Positions 25,641 to 39,479 of a DNA stretch of 64,000 nt are shown in pieces. This stretch comes from Fimbriosthenelais zetlandica (lineage: Eukaryota). Both the position numbers and the translations under genes were made by a program. The DNA lies in assembly GCA_977030845.1 (NCBI GenBank), contig OZ365109.1:9858001-9922000 (forward strand), given 5' to 3'. Each line of letters starts with the position of its first letter. The first letter of the stretch is position 1. The notes under the pieces are model-generated. The model worked only from the letters and a program-made list of their open reading frames with translations, was not told the DNA's origin and searched no databases.

Positions 25641-27814
25641 GGGAAAATATTGGTTAGACCAGGGAGCCCCCGGGAACGGGGGTGGGGGAGGGTAGGGGTG
25701 TGGTTTTGGGGTCCCAGGGGGCGTTGGGAAATCCCCCCAGTTGTGACACCAAGTCCGTATCTAAAAGTTGATCTTAATTGTGTTTTTTGTGTAAAAAAGT
25801 TCAGCATCGGTTGTTGACGGTTGAAAAATGGATTCTAGGAGTTGCTCGATATATTATGTAAATTTTCAGAATTTTGATATAAATGTACCTTAATATAATT
25901 ATAGTTTAAGATTTAATAAATTATACATAAATTCTGGATCGGCATGATACATAAATGATGTGCTCTTAGAGAGGAAAATGAGTACTCTCGCAAATAGAGA
26001 GGCAAATGAGAGCTCCAGCAATTAGATAAGCAAATGAGTAGATCTAATTTGAGAGGCAAATGTGTGCTCCATCACCTTCATCATTCAGTGTCCGTAACCT
26101 TTTGTGAGAAAACTATATGGAACAATCAATAAGAAATATATTGCGCCTGTCTCTAACTTTCTGCGGCCTATAGGATATGATTTGTGTCCATAATGTCATG
26201 CCGTCTGTCTGGCCAAGGAGCTCTTGAAAGGTCATTAGCTAGGAAGGTTTGTGGACAAAGTTACCATTGCCTACTTCTCAACAGCTGAATATTATCAACA
26301 GTGTCTTTTTTAAAGTGCTCTTCTTCCACATCTGCCATGCATCTCTCCTGGGCACTTTTACTTTGGACATCGCTGTCTCTGTCTGTCCGTTTCTCTCTAT
26401 CCCTGTTTCTGTCTCTTTCTCTATGACTGTATCTTCCATACATGTATCTCATTCTCTCTTTTTCACTCACTCACCCCACCCCTAACCTCACTCACTCACT
26501 CACTCACCCCCGCACTCGCTCTATATCCCTCGCTCTCACTCAGACTCTCACATATTGTCTCTCCCTTTTGTTTTCTTCTCTCTTTCTCCCTCTCTGAGGG
26601 GGGGGGGGGGGGGGGCGGGCGTGAGTAGGAGGGAATGAGGTGATGGGTCGAAGGGGACGTTCGGGGCAGAATACGAGGGTCGAATGGGGAGGGTTGGGTT
26701 GAGGGCCCAAGATCGAGGGAGGGCGATGGAGACAGTGGTGAGGAAGGGGTTACTGTGTATTATAGGGGCCACGCAAGAGGGCGAGGGAAGACGAGGTGGG
26801 TAAGGGGAGTGGGAGGGGACGAGGGAATATAGTGGGAGCTGGAGGGGGAGGGGTGAGTGGGATATAAGAGTGGGAGACCTGACAATCTTGGACATGAATG
26901 TGGTTTTTGTCTGAGAGTGTTTCCCATATTGATTTTGTGTGACACGTTACCGGCTGCTCGTGGCTGATAGTATCGGCCAGTGACTGCCGATATTATCGGC
27001 ATCCACTGCTTGATTGCATTCAGAATGTTGGCTATTGTGAAATATGGAGGCAGTCGAGTAGACTACAACCCTCGCTCACCAAAAAAAAACAGGAGGATCA
27101 AGGCCGGTGGGGGCACCTCCCGGGTTAACTTATGATCAATTAGCACAGGCATTTGGCATTGTTCACCCCAAGCACCACAATTTATGGCATTCTGTAAAAT
27201 GTCATAATTTTTTGAAACCCTAAAACAAAAATATAGTCTAATATATATTATCATTCTGTAAAATGATAACTATATTAACTATATTAAAAAAAACCCCACT
27301 AATTTAACTGTTGCCGCCAAAATGTGATATTATGTGGTACTATAGCAAAAATGAAAGTACATTGTAGTTAGCCCTATACAATAGTGATCAAATTCGGTGC
27401 CCAATCCTATAAGTAGTATAGAAAAATGGGGGAGACGCCCAGGAAAGCTTTTACTGTTATGTACACATGTACTGTACATGTACTGTATAGGGACAACAAT
27501 AAGCCGAGAATTTAAGTGATAACAAAAGAGAAAAGGAGTTTTAAACCCTATAAATCATGTCTTAATATCATAGTGGGTTTGGTTAGCACTTGAAGTTTGC
27601 CTGGATCTTATTACCTCTGGTCAGGTCCATATGCAAATAGGTTATATGAAACACTTTTCTGCCCCCATCAATCCCAAACCACTACAGGTACATGCACATT
27701 CATCAAAGGAGTAAAAGGAGTAAATTATGAAAGGTTTGGGTGTACCCCCCCCCCCCCCTCAACCCACGACCCCCTCCACTCCCCACTTGGGTGAGTACAC
27801 CCCCGACGTTCTAA

Positions 27815-28075
27815 ACCCATCAAAATGGCGGGGAGGGATGCAGTGAGCGCTATTGTTCTTACATCACGTCTTTGTTTATGGGCTGCCATGGCCTGACATC
27901 ACCCATGTAAGCCGGGCTAGGATTGGCTGACTCGCTCCAGGTCACAGATATAAGCTGAGATTGGATTGGCCAGCTGCTCCTGCTAGCCTCCAACCAAACG
28001 CTGACCTCTGAGATGAACTTCCGGTGATGTGTGATTTCCACTGTAGATGGCGCTGCCGCCGGAAACTGTAATGTT
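27815..28075. promoter_or_regulatory. Promoter-like module (YY1, CCAAT, ETS, CTCF-like)
   Basis: AAAATGGCG 27822; GATTGGC 27921 and ~27964; ACTTCCGG 28017; CCACTGTAGATGGCGCTG 28038-28055. Confidence 0.65.
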
Positions 28076-29054
28076 AATCACAGATAGAGAGACAGGGCGT
28101 CCCCACCGCCCCCATAAATATACACTACTGTCCAAAAGTCTTTTAGGCCGCCATCAGATTTGACGTTTATCAACGTTCCAGTATTATCATTGATCAACAA
28201 ATGTTTGGAAATTTGTTTCCAAATTACATGTTTTTAGACTTATAAATGCTCCCCATTACGTTCTTTGATCGAGTGTATATGAAATATTTTATTTTACACT
28301 ATGTTATGGCATTCTTTTAGGTGTTGTTTGAATACATAGGCCTAGATGACATTGTGTAGATCATCAAATCCTTAATATTGTGGAAATTTAGAGATCTAAA
28401 TCATTTGAGATTTTGTTTTCTTTATCATTTACATGTATTTGTTGCACTCTATTTATTTACACTTCATTACAATTTAGACCAACATGACTGAAATATCTTG
28501 TTTTATATAACTTTTTTAATGACATTTTATTTTATTATCAGCAAAAATTTAACACTTCACAATAATATAGGCCTATAATATATGAGTCAGTCACAAACTT
28601 GTATAAAACTGCATTAGTGCGACGGCAGATGTTTCACATACCCTATCTGTACCTATACATGTACCTGTATGTCTCCATTTTGAACTCATATCCAGCGAGA
28701 TAAAAATTAATGTATGTTTGATATCCTCCCTGTTGATATAGGTGTGTCACTGGTACATAACATTTATTGCCTTTTATAGACGTAGTATGTTAATATTATT
28801 TCATGTACTCAAATATTAAAATAACTGGGGCCTATATTCTGTAGCTGATATTAAAATTGTACTGAAGTGCTTCAATTATTATGTAACATTGCTTACCCTT
28901 ATGACATCTTTATGTATTTTATATAAGTTTTTAAGTTACATTTTATTATACATTTAAAGCTGAACTATATGAACTGCGTTTTTACGCACCAAATACGGTG
29001 ACTTAAATCTAGTCACAGATACAGACCCCATAAATTTTGTATCCAAAATATGGA

Positions 29055-29235
29055 CACCATCGTCGACGCCATTTTCTGTTGCCATGGCGACCCTGAAACA
29101 TTGAGCACTGTCCCCTGGTGTGATAAGGCATCTAAGAGCCCTCTGGCGGCCCCGGGAAGAGGCTGTGGTTTGGGATTATGGGGGATATGGCGGGATAGAG
29201 GTTGGGTAATCTAGATCCAGGGGGCGCTAAGGGCG
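29055..29235. promoter_or_regulatory. YY1 + RFX module
   Basis: CGCCATTTT 29067; GTTGCCATGGCGAC 29078-29091; TCCAGGGGGCGCTA 29216-29229; long G-rich tract follows (to ~29560). Confidence 0.55.
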
Positions 29236-29789
29236 CCGGGTGATGGACAGGGGAGGGGGGGAGGAGGTTCTGGTGTTCATTTTGGGCAAGATGGGGGTCG
29301 CTGATGGGGGATGTGGAGAGTGAGGGAGAGGGCAGTGGGATTGGGATTGGGGTAGAGGGAGAAGGAGTGGGCAAGGGGGTAGGGGGGCAAGATGGGAGGG
29401 AAATGGAATAAATGGCATGTGTATGAATGATAGATGTACGGCGCCAGAAGGGGGTAGGTGATGAGCATGGGGGTAGGGGGAGGAGCAGGTTCTGAGGAGG
29501 GGGTGGGGGTACTGTAGTTAGAGGGGCAAGATGGGAGGGAAATGGGATCAATATTGGGATAAAAGGAAGCGCTGCGACTAAACATAATTTTAGAAATAAC
29601 CTAAGATGCTGAAGTATAGGTCCCTCATATGCCCATTGCTAGCACATAAATGTCTGTTCAATTTTCATATAGGCAAAAGACAGAGAAAACTTTAGGTCTA
29701 GCTTTTCAATGCTACGCATGTTGCTCTGGAAGATCAAAGGGTCTTGGGATGCAAGGACACTGGGGAATAATGGGAGAAGATAAGTGGAA

Positions 29790-29934
29790 GGGGGTGGGGA
29801 GACAATGAGAGAGATGGAGAAAGAAAGAAATTTGCAGGGGCAGGGAAGTTGAGAGACAGAGAGAGAGACAGTGAGGAGAGATGCCGAGGGGACAGAGAGG
29901 CGATAGAAAGAGGGGACAGGGAGGAGAGAGAGAA

Positions 29935-29965
<31 letters not shown>

Positions 29966-29980
29966 CAGAGATAGAGGCCA
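29790..29980. repeat. (GA)n/GACA purine-rich tract
   Basis: Direct reading. Confidence 0.85.
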
Positions 29981-30289
29981 AGGTGGTATTACCAACATCA
30001 CACTCACGATAATTATAGCCGCTTTGACAGTTCCCTTAATGAATAGAATAATCAGTCAATGTGACTGCCTTACATGACAATCCTGCTGCTATAATCGCTT
30101 TATGCGCACCCTGACTCATTTCAGAGCCACCCGCGAATGGCCAGAGATAGAAAAAAGTGCACGCCTAAGGGTTTTATTGCGCTACAATGGTGATGCGCCC
30201 CACGCAAAAAAATAGTCCCATTTTCATAGACTACTCTCTGAGTATCTATGCTTCGCTAGTCGGAACGGTTATGTGGCACAATGGAAGCT

Positions 30290-30475
30290 GACAGGCAGGC
30301 AAGTGTCGGCCACTTCCGGTGGACTGCGCATGCGCAGAAAGTAGTTGGGGGGGGGGGGCTTCCGGTATAGAAAGGATTGTTATTCGCTGTTATTGTTGTG
30401 TTGGGAGCGGCCATTTGTTGGTACGTGGTTACATATTGATATTTTCAACATGTTGAGATCCCAAATGGTAAGGGT
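30290..30475 (+). promoter_or_regulatory. Promoter-like module with candidate short first exon
   Basis: ACTTCCGG 30312; TGCGCATGCGCA 30325-30336; CTTCCGGT ~30359; GCGGCCATTT ~30407; ATG at 30450 and ATG|GTAAGG donor at 30468. Confidence 0.6.
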
Positions 30476-30639
30476 GTTGCGATAAAAAGTGTTGTACGTT
30501 TGTATTATTTTGTTACATTTTTCCCGAATGAGGCATATATGTTTAGATTAACTTCAATATTAGTTTTAAATAATTTGCAACTTCCATGACTATTCATAAA
30601 ATTAATATAAAAATTGTCGCTACCTTTTCCATCCTATTC

Positions 30640-30890
30640 TTCCCAGGAGTCCTATACCGCCCTTCCCTTCGCCCTCCCCTTCCACCCAAGCCTCCCCCTT
30701 CCACCTTCCCCTCCTTTCCCCCTTTCCTGGCCTTGCCCCCCCCCCCCCCCCCCCTCTCCTGGCCTTGCCCCCCCTCTCCCCATCCTCCCCTTCCCCTCCC
30801 CACCCCACCCTTTCCTGGCCTTGCCCCCCCTCTCCCCATCCCCCTCCTCCCCTTCCCCTCCCCCCCCCACCCACTCCACCCTCACGGTCC
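30640..30890. repeat. C-rich low-complexity tract with repeated TCCTGGCCTTGCCCCCC
   Basis: Three copies embedded in poly-C/CCCCT sequence. Confidence 0.8.
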
Positions 30891-30894
30891 AGCC

Positions 30895-31225
30895 TAATGG
30901 CTGCGCCTAAGCCGGCCTGGTCAATATAAACAGGAAGTGTGTATTCTGAGCATGCTCACTCTGCCCTCTACTATTGACCTCAGTCACCATGGCAACCTCA
31001 GCCTCATTCTGGTTGTTATACAGCCTCGTTCTCAGAGTAATACAGCCTCACTTTGGATGCAGAGCGTCCACTGTTCGCACCTCGCCCTCTCCACTCACAC
31101 ATCTTAAACAACTTATGCTCGCTCTTTCCCAACCTGACATATTCCACCTAAATTACCCTGGACAAAAGGTGCCCACTGGGCATGCGCAGGATGCTGGCTC
31201 CTGATTGGATGAGAATCCACAGAGT
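30895..31225. promoter_or_regulatory. Promoter-like module (TATA-like, ETS, RFX, NRF1, CCAAT)
   Basis: TATAAA ~30925; CAGGAAGT 30931; GTCACCATGGCAAC 30983-30996; GCATGCGCA 31180; TGATTGG ~31202. Confidence 0.6.
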
Positions 31226-32579
31226 GAGTGCTCTGAGCTTCTCACAGATTCTCGTACCTTACGAGACTAACGTTATCTACAATACCCCAAGGAGACGGGA
31301 GACAGAGCAATAGAGAAAAGATAAGAAAGAGGAAGTCCTACCTAGCCCTAGGTTAGGTATAAGAAAATACATAATTACAATACAACTTATATAAGCCTAT
31401 AGTTGAAATGAAATTTCAAAATGTCAAAAATAATATAGTTTTCTAAAATGAATTGCAGTGCATCGTCTCTCGCCAAAACTTTGGAAGTATTGGATCTATT
31501 CAAGATTCTTTATTTGGATGCAAACTAGTATCTATTTTTCTTGTTATTTGACAGAGATTTCTCAATACAAAACGCAGCTCTTTAGTGTGGCCTTTGTGGC
31601 ACAGGTTATATGCTGATAAACAAACGCCTAGTTCTCATTGAGTCCGTTAGAGGACTCTCATTACTCTCTCCATACACTTGGCAAACACTCACCAAACATA
31701 GACGCACTACAATAATCCATACTTCCCAAGAGACCCGCGTGGTGGCGCTAAAGGTACCACCCCTGGGGCCTGTGTCAATAAGCTGGGGCGAGTAGCATGT
31801 GTAGGGGTGCGTGCATGCGTGTGCGCACTCACGCGCGGCTCATGCTTTGATACCATTAATCTGCTGATGATATTGACTATATGATCCTTGTTGTGCTCTC
31901 TGTATCAGATGGACTAGGTAATTTACAGTAGGCGAGCTGTGATAACTTGGTATACTCTAGCCAGTGCTCGGTGCTTAATTTCATACTATATTGTGCACTT
32001 TCTGTGCTTATTGCAAATAATATGGGCACATCCCAATGAAACGGTATGAATCATTTATTTATTCTAAGGCATTTATATTTCCTTGGAGGCTCGTAAAGAT
32101 AGGGTGTGAAATAACACGGCGAGAGCTACTACAGATACAGGTTACTAATTATTGGTTGTTCAATGACATTCATGCAAAGGAGTGATTATATTTCAAATTA
32201 AGCAATTCTTAGAAATTTTAAAATAATTATCAAAGCATTAAGCGGTAATGAAATTTTCAATATTTGATCGACCTTCAAATATAAAAGCAAGCAGTCGAAG
32301 CTCTAAAATGATAAAACCTACTAGATAATTATCATAATAGAGCTTAGGACCTCCGGTCCATTAGTGAACCAGAAGTAATAATTTAGGTCTATTTAGCTTT
32401 ATAATCTTCAGTCTGACTTTTGATTGTAGGCCTACAGAATAGCATTGATCCTAGCTATTGTATGTAAATGATAGCGAAAATCAATACTGACAATGTATAT
32501 TCATGTAGTGTATTAGCGCATGGTTCGCAAGGTCGCCCGGGAATAAAGATAGAGAGTACAGACAATAGGGGCGAGTAGG

Positions 32580-32830
32580 CACCCACTCACCATAACCTAG
32601 GATTACCCGAAGCCACGCCCACCTCACACTATTTCAACCAATCAGGAAGGCCGAAGTCCGTGGCTGCGATTGGTGCGGACCTGCTGTCATGACGAGAGCA
32701 GTTCCGCATCAAATATAACAACAGCAGCCCCGCACAGAATGTAATATGGGGCGGGGATTTGCATATGAAACGCTTGGCGGCGGGGGGATGGGAGAGAGCG
32801 GTGGCAAGACTGAACAAAAAGCAGTATTAT
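32580..32830. promoter_or_regulatory. Promoter-like module (CCAAT x2, GC box + octamer) with minus-strand donor
   Basis: CCAATCAGGAAG 32638; GATTGG ~32668; GGGGCGGGG 32748-32756 abutting ATTTGCAT 32757-32764; minus-strand ATG|GTGAGT (32590-32585). Confidence 0.6.
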
Positions 32831-35800
32831 AATCTACTATCGTTCTCTTCCGGCGCTATGGAAAGAGAGTGGGGTGAGGGAGGGTGGAATGACTCTACTG
32901 GGGGATCAAAACGTCACGGGGGACGAACAGGGTGAGGGAAGAATGTGGAAAATGCAACGGGAGCAGGTGGGAGGCTTTTCTCTGGGGTTATATTCGTAAT
33001 TACGAATGGGTCACTGTATATGCTAGAAGGTGAAAAAACACATTATTCATAATCTGAAACCTTCCTACAAAAACTAGGAACAAACCATGCATTTAGAAGT
33101 AGCGAGCTCGGGGACAGAGTTAGGGAGGGGTGGGCCTGCGCTTTCCCCTTCATTTACTTGTTGCCTGTTTTTATGCATTAAATGAACGCTGCATAAATGA
33201 TATTATTTCTCTTGCCTCATTTTCTTTAGAAGACAAATGTGACAGCTTTCTGTAAGGCCCATGATTAATTGAATGTCACTTTTTTGAAAATCTACTTCGT
33301 TCAACATTTATAACACAAGGCCCTCTATTCATATGCCTATACGTTATGCTTCTATAGCTTTTCCTGTTTTCAATTAATTTATATACTGAATAAGGTCTGC
33401 TATTAGCGGCAAAATAATCCTATCACAATTATTATATGTATGGGTAACTTTTGTATTTGTTTCTGATAACATAGGCCTAGTATGAAAGATAAAAACATAA
33501 TTTAAATGCGTTTATAAAATACAGTTATAAATATAACATCTGTATATTTCATAATAATATATAAGTAAATTAAGCAGGTGCAATTTGAAAATACCATGTA
33601 TCTCTAATCTAAAGTAGGCCTAAATGATTTTTCATATTCCCAAATGTTGTATAAAGTATAGTGATATTTGAGAAAAATATAAAAATAGTGAAATGTAGGT
33701 AGACATGTTCTCAGAAATAACTATCACAATCTGCTAACATGAAATATTAATTTGAAATCCTTTTCAAGCCCTTTCTATGCATCCTGCGGGGCATTCGATG
33801 GAAATATATACAATGGAAATCAATAAAATCTAATGGTTGCATTATAGAATTTGAAGTCACAGAATTTAAGGTAGTGAGTCCTGAATAGCTTGCCTCTGGC
33901 ATGATACAAATGGGCGCGATGTAAAATGTCCTGAGGCACAGTGTGGGATATGATGATTGAACAAAATTAACAACTTGTAAATGCGGACGTTTTCTATTGA
34001 ACATATTCAGATCATTAATAATTCAAGGACCATTTAAAAGGGAGCAAATCATTCCACTCTCTATCCCACAATATTATGGGGGTTTCTCTCCAATTGGTAC
34101 TGCATATGGGTGTTCAACCTGAATGTCAGAGTTTTCTGGTTCAATTCCCCAAGCATTTGTCATTGTCTTCTCGATTAACTGTATGTACATGTATACATGT
34201 ACCCAGGGCTGCTAACTGGGATATAATGAAAGGCCTGTCCATATCTCCCATTGACCAGCCATGTCTACCATTGTCGATTGTGAGAGACACATAAATGAAT
34301 CATAATTGCTGCCGTTCGAGAAGAGCAAGCCAGGGAGCGTGTGACGACAGCGTATTCCCTGAGATATTCAGTCATTAAACATGACCTGAGAGTGAGAGGC
34401 ATTTTCATATGCTACTAACTGAGTATATTCATGGGACTGTAAACATTCATTCAGTACACAAATAATCGCGTTCCATATGAAAACGGGGTCTTTTCTTTTC
34501 AAATTATTTTGCTTCCCTCGGAAAACTAAAATACGCCAATATTAGATGCACAATAATTATTTAGAAAAGTAACTGTTGCATAATTATAATCCTCCCCGCC
34601 CCCCCCCCCCCCTCCATCATAATTGCTGACCCGGCCCTCACTCGTTCATATCATAAAGGCCACGGATGCTCATTCCCAGTCTGCTCGGTTCAGGCGATGT
34701 TGCATGCCAGGATATGACACAAGCCACCAATAACCCCTTTTTTCGCTCATTTGTCTCATTCTCTCCTCCCTCTCTCTGCCCCCCCCCCCCCTCTCACTCT
34801 CTCCTCTCTGTGTGTTTATCTCTCCGTTTTCTATCTCTTACTCTCAACCCTCCCACTCGGGGTCCCACTCTCTTCTCTCTCAGTGACTGTCCCATCTCTG
34901 TCCCTCATTCCCTTTCTTCCCCCTCCTTCTATTTTGCATGAACTTCCTCTTCTCCCCTCTCCTTATCTTTCCCCATATAGTATGTTTTAACTCCGAACTA
35001 ACTACTTTACAACAGTTTCTTTAACTGTCATGTGGAAAGAGTATTTACCGAAATATGTTTAATTTACATATAATCGCATATATATGTCTCTATCTCTTGC
35101 ACCTTAAACTGGTATGACATTGTACTCTAACTTCCAGATCAATGTGCATCATCAGTCAAATAAATCCAAGTCGTAAAAATAATTACATATAATACTGAAT
35201 AATAGAGGCAATAACAGATAGCCAAAATCGACTGTCCTGCCACCTAGTGTATGAAGAAAAACCTCCACATGAAGTCATGGCTACTTCCGGTTTATGTGTA
35301 TTGCCATTAGTTGGAAGGTTGGATACACAAATGGTTCACAAAAAAAACGTTCCAAAAGATGTATTTATGTCCCCTTTCCACTTTTCAGTGGATGACATGC
35401 CTTTTACATTCAGTTCTTCTCACAGTAATTGCACAGGGAAGTCCTTTAAATCAGCCATGTTATTTATACATAACTGTCCTTGGGTACCTTACAGGTCTGA
35501 GGCCTTATACACTTTGACTGGTGAGAAACAGGAAGCGGAAATATAGGTGACTCCTTGTATAGCTGACGGTAGCGCCACTGACAATGACTGGTGTTAAGTG
35601 GGGAATCTATCTATAACTAAAAGTTGAAGAATTATACACAGTATGTCGCAGAAATATCAACAAACATGTAATGTGTACACGAAACTAAATGTAGGCCTCC
35701 ATTACAAAAAGGTATTCATCTTTATCTTCAATTTATGTATATTTACATGACTCGCCCCAGCTCATTTTTTATAATATCCTCAATCAATATAATAATTAAT

Positions 35801-35954
35801 GCTTATTTGGGGATGTTATATTTAGCCTATAGGTCCCAGCTATATCAACACACATTGTACGAAGGCCCACGATGTTCAGTACCTGTAAAATTTTATACGG
35901 ACACGAGCAGAATAAATATTTATCCTGATTAAATATTTACGTCTACATTAAAGC

Positions 35955-36130
35955 AGGCCTGCTGACTGTTTCAGCCTTCGTCCCGCCGTGACCTGTTATC
36001 AAACAATCAATATTGTACTTAAGATTAATGATCCGCGCATGCGTATTGATTATTAGCCGCGTCCCGCCAGCGTCCGCCCCGCGTCGCGCCCGGACTATTT
36101 CCTGACAGTTTATCATGCGATTACAGCTGT
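35955..36130. promoter_or_regulatory. CpG-dense promoter-like core truncated by the gap
   Basis: GCGCATGCG 36035; very CpG-dense 36056-36093. Confidence 0.5.
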
Positions 36131-36372
36131 NNNNNNNNNNNNNNNNNNNNNNNNNNNNNNNNNNNNNNNNNNNNNNNNNNNNNNNNNNNNNNNNNNNNNN
36201 NNNNNNNNNNNNNNNNNNNNNNNNNNNNNNNNNNNNNNNNNNNNNNNNNNNNNNNNNNNNNNNNNNNNNNNNNNNNNNNNNNNNNNNNNNNNNNNNNNNN
36301 NNNNNNNNNNNNNNNNNNNNNNNNNNNNNNNNNNNNNNNNNNNNNNNNNNNNNNNNNNNNNNNNNNNNNNNN
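36131..36372. other. Assembly gap (242 N)
   Basis: Run of N. Confidence 1.
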
Positions 36373-36560
36373 GGAGGGAAGGGAGAGGGAAAGGGAAAGG
36401 GAAGGGGGAGGGGGGAAGGGGAAGGGAAGGGAAGGGGACAGGGAAAGGGAAGGGGGAGGTTTAGGGAGATGGAGGGAGGAAAGGGGAGGAGGGGGAGGGA
36501 AGGGAAGGCGGGAGGGAAAGGGTAGGGAAGGGAAGATGGGAGGGAAGGAAGGGGGGAATC
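36373..36560. repeat. GGGAA/GGAGG purine-rich low-complexity tract
   Basis: Direct reading; abuts the gap. Confidence 0.9.
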
Positions 36561-39479
36561 ATATGATGGCATTGTCATGGGAGGTGAAAAAAAGAGTGGT
36601 AGTGTAAGGAAGGAAGGGAGGGGAGTGGAAAGGGAATGCATGGGAAAAGGACAGAAAAATAGAAAAAAGCAGGATGGAGAGAAAGAATGGGAAGAGATGT
36701 AGTACGAAGAGTGTAATCAGGAAGTAGAGGCGTGGTTGGGGGCAGAGCGGGTGCCAATCTGGGCTTACTTTGAAACCCCCACAAGGGGCACTTACTCTAG
36801 CCGCGGTCTTCTCGTTCCACCACGAAGCTATACTTTACACTAATAGGGCCTAATAGGTTTTCATTTGCATCTTAATACAGGCTATGATAGAAAATTACAG
36901 TTTCAACCAGTAAACCTAGTCATGTATACATTCATTTATCATCCCTCTGTAAAAGGGATGGGATCTGGCCCTGTGGACGCAAACACTAACAGCAGGTCTT
37001 TACTTACAAGCCTCTCCCCCTGGATGACCACACTTTCTATTGGGGCTAAATTAAGCTATGAATCTCTACTGCATGGAGCTACACTCAGCTACAGTGTGCC
37101 CCTTCCCCACCCTGATGGCCAGCCCATGTTCAACATGCTCGAGGCGACGCCATACCTGCGCGCGCACCATTCATCATGTGACTAGCAAGCTGGTCATGTG
37201 ACCTGGTGCTTGTACGATGTAGTGTAATGAGGCTAGGTGTCGCTGCTTAAATAGACCGCCCGGCTGTGTCAATATAAATTCACCCTCATCCCGGATCTTA
37301 CTAGGGTGTTGCTCCACTGGGGTATTTTTTCCCCTTTTTTTCATAATACATTTTTCTTCAGGATTTTGTTTCAACATAAAGACACATACGGTCTCGGGCT
37401 TAGGCCTAGGCCCGGTTTTTATCCCGCCTCCTGACCAGTATGTAAACCATATGTTAAACTAAAAGAATATATCCACATCATTATTTAAAAAACTATTTAC
37501 AACAATACTTTTGCATTTTCTGCAACCTCATATATTTGTCATATTGGACTATTTTCCGATACCAGCTATGTTAATTAGGTCACCGGAAGTGGCCCTTTCT
37601 AGCCTCCTTTTTGTAGGACCGCAGAAGAAATTTACAGGTCTTGTTTCTTTTGCCTCTTTAGGATCATCAACCTCTAAAATTATTTATCGATATTGATCAT
37701 TCTCGATATATCATGTCAAATCATGGATCTTGGCATTTTACCTGTTTTTCACTGGCACGATTTCTCGACCTTCTAATTGTAGGCTACATGTATCCAAAGT
37801 AATAAATCATGAGCTACTTGGCTCCTAAATTATACCATCCCTTCACAATTAAGTCGTGTGTAGAAAAACAAATATTGGTCCATTTGAGATACTGTATAAT
37901 TAAAAGGTTTCGGGTTTTCAAAATCCAATGCAGAATTTGACATTTTCTATTTTGTTTTTTCAGGCGTTTTTTCTTTCTCATGCATGTCCATGTCCATGTC
38001 TTCGAAGAAGAGGTCAAATTTTCCATTGTCCTTCTCAGCCCAGCCATGTCTCCCACTGTCTATGGTGAGAGGCATGTAAAAGAACCATTGCTGCCGTTTG
38101 AGAAGAGTAGTTGATTGTATGCTGACAGCGTGTTTCCTTCTCGTCTTGAGATAGCCAAAATAATTCATCCATCCATCTTTGAAAAAGAATGGCCTCTTAT
38201 TTCCCCTGCTAATTTCTCGGGGATTTTAAACACCATCTAGTAGCTAGAAGAAGTTAAGTGAAGGAGACTGCTACGTGACCTTCATACGACCTTGACCCCG
38301 TTAACTTGCCTTAAGTGTAATTGCTCCCCTGCCGGTTAGTGGATACAGACGGTAGCGCCTCCACGCGGGGCCTGGTGGAATTAGCTCTCAGCTATTATAC
38401 TAAATGTACCACCTTGTGAGCAGGGCTCAATAGCTCGGTCACTGATCCCTTTTATGGGATGCCTTCTTCTTTATCTCCTCTTCCTTTCCCTCCATGGTCT
38501 TCCATTCTTTAGTACCCTCGGATCACTTTTTTCCACAAACATGTTTGAAATGGTAACATATCTATATCTGCTTCATTGCCTCCATTCCCTTTTAATATTC
38601 TTTTACTTGCACTTCAATTTTGCTTCATTTCTACCTCTTTCTCTCTCCCTTTCTTCTGGCCCCAAAAGATGGTCATTTTTGACTTAGTGGTATTAAGAAT
38701 ATATAAATTAGAAGTCACTTAGTGAGATGGTAACTTCAACGACTTGGTCGTTAAGCCTCCCCATCTTACAGCTCTTCCCCTTCCCCATTGCCTCTTCCCT
38801 TCCTTTTTTGTCCTCACCCATTCCCCATCCACACCCATCCATTCTCCATCCTCCCCTCTAATCTCCCTATCCCCAACCCTCCCATCTACACCACCCTTCA
38901 CATCCTCTTCTTCCTTTTTCCACCATTAGCTTCCCCTCCTTTTATAACCCTTCCTATTCTCCATCCCTCCCCTGTCCCCTCCTTTCATTCTCCCTCCTCC
39001 CTTCTAAATCTCCCTATATCCCCACCCTCCCTGGCCAGGTCCAGGTGTGGCCAAACTGGCGAACGGAGTTACAGGGCTGTATACGTATAGAAAAGACAGC
39101 CCCATCCCCCCCTCCACCCCCTCTCATTTCACCACCCACCTATCCCCACCCCGCTCTTTCCAGCCGATCAAGCCCGCCTGTCTGACACCCCCTCCTTGCC
39201 CTAATTCCCTCCCCCTGTACCAGCAACAGCCTCACGCTAACACGCCACCACCCTCTGTACTTAAGAGCTGCTCCCTCTCTCTATCCACATGCCAGAGTGC
39301 GTTATACAAGTGACTCACTCATTGCCATGCGTGGCTACTTGCGGCTAGTAGTGGTAGTAGCTTTCACTCCCAGTACCACACATGTAACCCCCACCCACCC
39401 ACATGCACACCCCCGACCCCCGTCACACACCCACCCCCCACCACCACCCCCCGAAGAGAGCAGTTATTTGGTTGGAGCT

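Noticed and set aside
29132-30910. Pro-, Gly- or Ser/Leu-rich ORFs here and at 5543-5847, 13378-13713, 39297-39792, 43507-43914 and 56691-57089
   Set aside because: They are stop-free only because they are translations of poly-C/G and (CT)n tracts.
35943-36641. Longest ORFs in the track (232 aa, 136 aa)
   Set aside because: They span the N gap and purine/pyrimidine low-complexity DNA, so they are artefacts.
37947-38168. 73-aa minus-strand ORF (also 52471-52755 and 60947-61273)
   Set aside because: No family recognised. They could be decayed transposon or gene fragments, but I cannot support that.
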